Assembly: GCA_963920595.1 (NCBI GenBank)
Contig: OY986948.1
Coordinates: forward strand, 4,216,001 to 4,280,000
Source: Eimeria praecox
Taxonomy: Eukaryota
DNA length: 64,000 bases
Direction of reading: 5' to 3'
Shown here: one piece after another, positions 56,811 through 64,000 of the stretch
Layout: each line of letters starts with the position of its first letter
Numbering within the stretch: position 1 is the first letter of the stretch
Translations under genes and position numbers: made by a program
Notes under the pieces: model-generated
What the model was told of the DNA's origin: nothing
What the model saw: only the letters and a program-made list of their open reading frames with translations
The model's database searches: none

Positions 56811-58181
56811 CTAACCAGGTCTGGTGGGAAGGCTGGCCGCCACTCTCTCCATTCTCTTATTATCATTCTTAATAAACTTGATGCAGTCTGCAAGGCACTT
56901 GATGCATGCACAAAAAATAGCTACAGATACTATGAGCGCTATGCAAATTGAAGTCGTAGCTACAGAATCGAGATTTCGCTCATTGATTCTACAACCAGCG
57001 ACAGTAGCGAGAAACGTGCATGCCTCAGCTTGTGCAGAAGTCATGCTATCGATTGCCTCTAGAAAATCCTTAGCTTGCTCCTCAGTCTTATCCTTATTAT
57101 TCCTGTATCTGCTGAAGTTTAATTTGTCGAAGTTGCAATCGCTCGAGCAGCTGACAGGCCACTTCCGAAGTACCGCTATTGTGTAACGTGTGTATCCACA
57201 GAACAGCCCCCAATCCAACAATGTGCGAAGGAGGCTTTCAACTCTCGGTAGGACTCCGCTTTCATGATTCATCTTCTCCAGACATTCCAAATCCTCCTTG
57301 CTTACAAAAATGTTTTCCCTGGTCTCCCACGATTGACGTAAGACAGTGGGATAAAAGGAAGATTCCCCTCCTACAAGGATCTTATCTGCTTTCCTTTTCG
57401 CTACTCTAACCAAAGCCTCCATCCTCTTTCCAGGTGCGGGCGCTGTCTTGCCATCACCGCTCGTTGATTCCGAGATGCGAACAAGCGGTAGTGCTTCTGC
57501 CTGGGCCTTAGTACTACCACTCTCTTCATGCTCTTGGGCTTGCTCACCAGAACTGTTTTGCTTCCCTTCAACGTCTTCGCCATATCCAGACAAATAGGAG
57601 GACCTGGCAGATGTATTCGTTGTGGTAGTAGATGCTTCATCTTCTGCTCCAGTCCAGGCTGGAAGTGCCTGCTTCGCTGTAAGGCGCTCAGAACCCACTA
57701 CACCCCCACCAAACAGCGGCGCAATATCAAAAACCACAGGCTCTGGGGATGCTTGTAGACGGCGTATGCTGCCGAAACCTGCCTTTTGAGCATACATGCC
57801 TAAGAGAGGAACAACAACGGGGCTGCCGTCCACGTTACTCTTCTCGTTTTGAGCCCGAGAATTCTGCAGTACGAGCCAGATTCCGTAACCAAAACTGGAG
57901 ATGAGCAGTAACATCAAGGAAACAATACTAATGATCGAGACAATCCCCCAGAATCTTTCCCGTGTTTTATACAAGGCGAAAGGGACAAAAGCAAGGGCGC
58001 AGCCTGCAGTGCAGTAGATGATGCCTAGAACAAGCCCCCCTACCGACATGAAGAATAGACAGCTAACACCCATTAGAAACGACAGGAGCATCATTAATAG
58101 GGGAACCCAGCATAGAGTAGTGCATGAACAGCCTTCTAACCCCTCGGAGTGGGAGAACCGAAAACTCCGGCTTCCCCTCAT
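56811..58181 (-). CDS. Four-transmembrane protein with a large Cys-containing loop (tetraspanin-like topology), paralogue B
   Basis: 456-aa intronless ORF with the same architecture and six aligned loop cysteines as paralogue A. Confidence 0.9.
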   Translation of the reverse strand: MRGSRSFRFSHSEGLEGCSCTTLCWVPLLMMLLSFLMGVSCLFFMSVGGLVLGIIYCTAGCALAFVPFALYKTRERFWGIVSIISIVSLMLLLISSFGYGIWLVLQNSRAQNEKSNVDGSPVVVPLLGMYAQKAGFGSIRRLQASPEPVVFDIAPLFGGGVVGSERLTAKQALPAWTGAEDEASTTTTNTSARSSYLSGYGEDVEGKQNSSGEQAQEHEESGSTKAQAEALPLVRISESTSGDGKTAPAPGKRMEALVRVAKRKADKILVGGESSFYPTVLRQSWETRENIFVSKEDLECLEKMNHESGVLPRVESLLRTLLDWGLFCGYTRYTIAVLRKWPVSCSSDCNFDKLNFSRYRNNKDKTEEQAKDFLEAIDSMTSAQAEACTFLATVAGCRINERNLDSVATTSICIALIVSVAIFCACIKCLADCIKFIKNDNKRMERVAASLPTRPG

Positions 58182-60161
58182 CCTGACAAGAGTGTGGAAA
58201 AAAGGGCTTCGGTTTTTGGGGATATGAGTTTATCATCGGTTTTGTAACAAGGGTAAAACAGTGGGGCCTCTCCGCCGAGAATACCAGCTCGTGGCAGCCA
58301 GATGCACACTCTTGATGGTCCAGGGCACCGAGTTAAACCTCATAGCACCCGGTTAATGGGAGCTTTAATGTGAAAAAATGTGTGTTGGAAGAGAGAGTTT
58401 GTCTTTCAAGTTGCAGATATAACAAGCAGGGGGAACTCTCGTACACTGGCTAGGCTTCCGTGTAGCGAGCTTCCTTTCACAGGTACCGGAACACGATAAC
58501 AGTGCGAAATTCAGAAACTGCTTCAAGCAATTTTTGACGCAAATTACTCCATTTTGCATATTATATAATATAATTTTGAAGTATTTTGCAGGTTTCCCTT
58601 GTCCCTGTGTGAGCCTCACAGCACAGCGACGTGGACCAAGTGACCTTCATCGATGCAGCAGGCAGCTTCCCGTGTGAATATGGGAATGCTGCAAGCGGGC
58701 CTTTAGAGCATTCTAAAAACCAAAATGTATATTGTAATTAATCTACAGTTTTAACACTTGTGCTCCCAGCACAACCACCTGAACTCCGGTGTCGGCTGCC
58801 TTCGATGCCATTCCGTAACGCATACGTAGGACCAAGCATTAGGAAAGCTGCCGCTTCCTGCAACAGAGCTTCCGCCAGCCATCTATGGAAGCGGCTTCTT
58901 GAGAATAGAACAGCATGGGAAGGTTGTAATTGGGTCTACTGTGGCAGTATAGTGTGCTGGGGCCCTAATGCCCTGCGAACGGTACGCTGGTCTTATCTGA
59001 AGTTCGTGCGAAGACGTTTACTAGGTGCCACGGTTAGCTCCTAATGGCCAAGGATGTGAACAGCAATTGCCTGCAGTATTAGGGAATGCAGCGAAGGATG
59101 GTTTGGGCATGTCTGCATGCGGAGTTGCTTCTTAGCCGGAGTAAAAGCAAGCTGCGTTGCAGCTCATGACAAGCCCTTCCTCTCCTCACAATTCCCAGGC
59201 CTTACATCTGTAACCAGGACAACTAGGGGGGGGGGGGTAGGTGATTTTAGGAAACCGTTATCTTGAGTTTCTTCAATTTGTTTGAAGCTCACGAAAGCCC
59301 TCGGCGAAGATCGAGGACTCTCGATCTATGCTGCCAATGGAGTATGACGACCTAATCGTAAGGAATGCTATGCCAGTGTTGCTCTCATATCACACGTCTT
59401 ATAAATGCAGAAGGTGTATAAGCGGACGGTCAGCTGCCCTGTAGCCGGTGTCTTATACTTCACGTTGCTACCTATACAGGCAGCGCTGCATTTCTTGAGG
59501 GAATTATTGCCCAGAGCGCAGCTGCAGCACAACCCCATGCTATAAAGGACAGCTTGTTCTTTACTCGTCGTTATGAGGGCTTAGAGGGCATGGCCAGAAT
59601 CTGTCGTTCCAATTCCAACTGGGCATTCGAACATCTTACAGACACGTATGCACTAGCTATGAACAGCCTAGCTTGTGTGTCCATCACAATTTGCCGCTCT
59701 GTTAAGGGGAAATGAGAACGCCAACTCTAGTGCATGAACCTAAAAAACTCAAACGTGCTCCAAACGCAAACACCTGGCTCGGCTCGATCCAGTGGCCTTG
59801 CTGCTCGCTTGCTAGAAGAAGTGTTATTAAGGGACAGGTTTTCTCTCTCTTCGAGACAGATAATACATTTTACAGGATCAAACTGGCGCAGCCTATTGAG
59901 GGGGAAATCTGAAGAGGCAGCTGCCTATCAGGATCACGAAAGGATAGATATGTCCTCTCGGGATAAAACAACAAAATCTTCATCGGACAGGACCTTCTAG
60001 AATAAACAGCCCATAATTAAGCGAAATCTTAGCAGGAGACTGGCTGTATATAACTCATTTCTCCAGCGTCTGTGATGAGGGATAACGAGAGGCTTCATGT
60101 ATCCACAGCCCGGTTTAAGCATTATAGTTTGTAGTTTGCGCATTCCTTGCATATTTTTTGG

Positions 60162-60226
60162 ATCGTCTGTAGACTAAAGTCTGTAGTCTGTCATTCATAG
60201 CCTACAGACTTTAGTATGTAGACGAT
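60162..60226 (+). other. 65-nt inverted repeat / long hairpin (candidate structured RNA)
   Basis: ATCGTCTGTAGACTAAAGTCTGTAG pairs with CTACAGACTTTAGTATGTAGACGAT, giving a 25-bp stem with 2 G-U pairs and 1 mismatch. Confidence 0.5.
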
Positions 60227-61444
60227 GAAGGCTTCCTTCTCCATCCCTTCAACGCCTCCATTCCCAGTGGGAAAGCTACCGGTGCGGTGCAGCTCCCGAG
60301 GAGTTGAGTAACATAAGTTACGCCAACGCAAAGGTATGGGCATATGTGCTTGGTCTGCTTAAAGCTAAGCCTCGCTCGAGGTCAAAAGAAAACAATTTAA
60401 AGGAGGTTTCTCTAGCCAGTGACTTGGCTTCAGCTACTGAAGGACCCCCGAAGTTTCTCAAGCCATAAGAGAAGGACGGTCTAACTGTTCGGCTTGCCGT
60501 TTCGAAGTTGTTCATAGAGTAGAGCCTGGGGGCACGTCCCCACCCTTCCCAAGTTCTGAACTCAACACACTCTGTTTCATAGTCAATCAAGCTTTAGGCT
60601 GCAGTCTTCTTGAAGTAAGGAATTCTCAGCATTTTGCTTTCCCGTTCACAAGCTGGAATCGCTCATCATTATGTTATAGACACAGCAAGCACTCTCCCCA
60701 AATAGCAAGTTTGAATGGTCTAATACAGGCAAACAACATTTGATAAGCCAGCCGTATGACCAGCTAGCAACCACGACAGTGGTGCTATCGGAGAGACCTT
60801 TCCATATAGCATATGCCCCCTGGTGCGAATGGGATTGCCTTCGAGGTGGCTTTGAAATTTGCAAGTTAAGGAGTAATTTCCAATGAAACTTAAGGAGATT
60901 CACAGGCATATTGCAGCCGTTTCCTTCTTTCCGTGCAAAGACACCCCGCCGCCGAAGGCGGACACGCCGGTGGGCAGAGCAGTCCCACATGACGGGGTCC
61001 AGCGGTTATATTTTTACCGACATTCCCTTTCTCGCATTCCCTTGTTCGGAAATACGAAATGATGCTGGGTATACGGCTTCTGAAATGCCGTAACTGGACT
61101 GGACAGTGCTCTGAGGGCCCCTCTTCGCTATCGCGGTAGGGCCCCCAAGGGATCTCCCCATACTTCTCACCTCTTGCTGTAGCAAGTTTGCATATTCCGC
61201 TTCATCATTCGTGGCTGTATGCACAGTGGCGTCTAGCACTTGCTTTGTGGACCCTGTGTCTGAGCTGACTGGGTTGCCTGCGTGAGTCGGGGCGGCGCTT
61301 GCGTCCTACGACCATCGGAGCTCTGTACAGTCTACTGCACCAATGGGAGGAGTTAGAGACGCCCAATTATGAAGAGTCTGAATCGGATACCTAGACAAAG
61401 CGGTCTGCGGGTGGTGGAGGATCGGTCTACCTCAGCAGAACACG

Positions 61445-64000
61445 ATGGATATAGACCTGGCGCTCGTGAGCGCGCTGCAGCTCCGCGAGTTACTGCAGCA
61501 GCACTGTAAGCCCGAATTCCCTTTCACCAACGTTCTGGCACCATAGGCAACCATTTGTGTTGGTGTCAGCAGCAGCAGAAGGAGTGGTTGCAGCATCTGC
61601 AGCCCAGCGGTAGTTGCTGCAGCAGTAACTGCTGGAGCTGCACATCTTCCTTTGAGCTCGCCTGTGAGGCTGACAGTGGCTATTTGTGCGTGACAGAGGC
61701 ATCAGAGTCCTGCATCTGATTCTCATTTGTGTTGTTCCTCAGCTCCCCTCTCTCCTCAAGTTCAAGATCTTGCGTCTGAATGCAAGAAGTACGGCTTGCA
61801 AAACCTTGCTGTACTGCTGCAGTCAACTCTGTTGATTTAAGGGATTTCATTAATTCGTATGATCTTCAAATTTTATGGTGCTTCCGTACTTCCGTGTATT
61901 CCTTCTTGGATGTGCAGCCGAGAGACGGCTTACAGCCTCGCTCTCCCCCTCTGTGCTTTGGTTTACGTCTGAACAGCAAGTGTTTCTGCTGAGATGCCTG
62001 CTGCTGTTCTTGGGCCCTCATTTGCTGCATCTCAAGGATTTGACACAGTAATGTGATATACCTGCAGAAACACGGAAAACCCTCCACCTGCCTTTCTGAC
62101 TGCTGCTACTGCAGGCTGTTGGCTCTCGGGGATGAAGCCCTCAAGGAGGATACCTCTTCGGACCCTCGGTTGCAACAGGTACGCTGGGTGTGAGCATATC
62201 TGCACCTTTCGCTGAGCGCATCGGGATAGTGTTCATGATGCTGCGGGAACAGGCTTCTGTTGCTGCAGCTGGTGCTACGACTGTTGTCGCGGCAGTTTCT
62301 TCTTGCTGCTGCGCATGCAGGCGTGCAAGGAACTAGATGAGGCTCTGACATTCTTTCATTCTATTGCCGCAGCAGATGAGGACTTGGCGAAGCAGCAGCA
62401 AGGGGATGGGGAGAAGCAGCAGCTAGAACCGCAGCAGGACTCAGCGATCTCGAGACGCCCGCGGCATGGCAGGCGATCAGAGAAGGAAAGCAGCAAGAAA
62501 CAGCATCACGGCAGGAGCAGCAGCAGCAGGGGGAAAAAGAAAGATAAAGGGAAAGCAGCATCAACAGACCGAACTTCTAATGCTGCTGCTGCATCGGAGC
62601 AGCAACCTGATTCTCTATTCGAGGACTGGCCCCCCATAGACTTCACCTTTCCAGAAAGCTCAGCTGTGGCACCTGCTGAAGCTACTGGACACGAAACTCT
62701 CTCATGGGGAAGAGGCGGAGCTGACGATCCCTTTCTGCTTTCTGCAGCTGATTCTTGTGGTGCAGCAGCAGCTGCTGCAGAGGATTCAGTAAAGCGTAGT
62801 CGTGGTGGAGGTAAGTCCCGCAGTAGGAGGCGTGAAAAAAACAGCAGCAGCAGGCCACGTGAGCCAGAGGCACCAAGCAGTGACGGCGACAGCAGCAGTA
62901 GTAGCAGCAACAGCAACAGCTCAGGCCTCAGCAGCAGCACACGCAGTAGGGAAGACAGTAGCGATAGCGAAACCACAAAGGGCAACAGCAAGCGTCACAG
63001 GCGGCATAGAAGGAATAATCGTTCTCGGCTTCAGCCTTCTAACAACGGGGAAGCAGCAACAGCGGCACCGCTTCAGACTGCAGGAGTAGTTGAAGAACCA
63101 GCAGATGATTGTGTTATCATTTGTATCTCGTCTCTCCGCGCTGTCTTTGCGGCGAAATGTGCTGCAAGCCCATTTCGCATAGACGCAACCATCGTTGCCT
63201 CCTCATGGGTACGGGGAAGACTCTTATGGGTGCCTCTGCACATGTGCTTGATCAACTTTGGGGGACAGAAAGCGAGGGGGGCTTTGCACACGGGTATTCA
63301 TGTTTAGGTGGACAGCCCCTTAGTGCAGCAGAAATTCCTTCCATTGGTGTGAATACGAATTGTTAAAGGCCGCTACAGCCAGAAGAGTCGAGACTTGTTC
63401 GTTGGGGCATGATCTCGTTCGTGGGTAATGCCGTTCACTTACTTCCTTACTTACTTATCGTGTTTTTTCTCTGCTGTTTGCATTGCAGAGTGTGGAAACT
63501 GAAGCTGAAAGCGCTTCTGAGTTGGGCATCGTCATCAGCAGCAGCAGTAGCAGTAGTAGTAGCAGCGGCGATACCAGTAGAGAGTTGCAGGTGACATGGC
63601 AGCAACCTATCCGCCTTCGCGTTCGTGTGTACCCAAATGAGGAAGGCAAGCAAAGAGGAGAGTGTGGCAGAAGCTACGCGAAACCTCTTCAATATCTGCA
63701 AAAGGAGGGAGTCCTCCGCTTTCTCATTAGAAGAGGAGATGATCCATGGCCCGCATTCACGGCCCAGTTTCCCCTTAATTCTCTGACATGTTCGGCGTTG
63801 CACAAACTGGCTGAAGGCTGCTGCTGCTACGATTGCTGCGCTGGTGTTGGCCATGATGCTGCCTATGATGACCGCGCTCTTGCTCTTGCACATGCTGCTG
63901 ATACCACCTCTTCTGCACATAGAGTAGTTTGTTGGGCTTTTCTCATCATTCTGGCGGTGGCCAGAAGCTGCAGTGCACCGTACATTTCAGGTCAACAAAT
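61445..64000 (+). CDS. Multi-exon hypothetical protein: helical N-terminus (GAT-like), Ser/Arg-rich linker, beta-rich C2-like region; runs off the right edge
   Basis: Phase-consistent GT-AG exons are 61445-61505, 61743-61788, 62115-62178, 62321-63208, 63308-63346 and 63489->64000. The N-terminus reads MDIDLALVSALQLRELLQQHSPLSPQVQDLASECKKLLALGDEALKEDTSSDPRLQQACKELDEALTFFHSI. The domain labels are inference. Confidence 0.72.

Noticed and set aside
59308..59327. Small hairpin AGATCGAG-GACT-CTCGATCT
   Set aside because: An 8-bp stem is within chance expectation for a window this size.
58300..61400. Possible LTR-retrotransposon remnant (G-tract at 59226, several 60-114 aa ORFs)
   Set aside because: No recognisable gag, protease, RT, RNase H, integrase or chromodomain motif and no LTR pair were seen; a TBLASTN search would be needed to exclude a very decayed copy.
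63447..63920. 157-aa minus-strand ORF
   Set aside because: It is antisense to the better-supported plus-strand exon starting at 63489.

Overview
This is eukaryotic, intron-rich DNA with the hallmarks of an Eimeria (coccidian apicomplexan) chromosome: pervasive CAG/CTG microsatellites, interstitial AAACCCT telomere-like arrays and TGCATGCA octamers. A repeat-rich segment (about 1-53.5 kb) gives way to a repeat-poor segment (about 54-62 kb). Most ORFs in the supplied track are artefacts of CAG repeats. Genes reconstructed by hand: (1) a large minus-strand multi-exon low-complexity gene from about 12647 running off the left end; (2) an intronless cyclophilin with a long open N-terminal leader (14427/15381-15926); (3) a 23-exon gamma-tubulin complex component GCP3/Spc98 (20555-34872); (4) a Gln-rich coiled-coil protein of about 3,750 aa with clustered LC8-type TQT motifs (36444-49897); (5) two tandem intronless 4-TM paralogues with tetraspanin-like architecture (53541-54956, 56811-58181); (6) a plus-strand spliced gene from 61445 running off the right end. 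The best leads are the tetraspanin-like pair, a dispersed spaced palindrome GGTGT-N4-ACACC (10 exact copies), a pre-miRNA-like hairpin at 60162-60226, the LC8 motif cluster and the cyclophilin's possible organelle-targeting leader. All family calls come from remembered motif resemblance; no searches were run.
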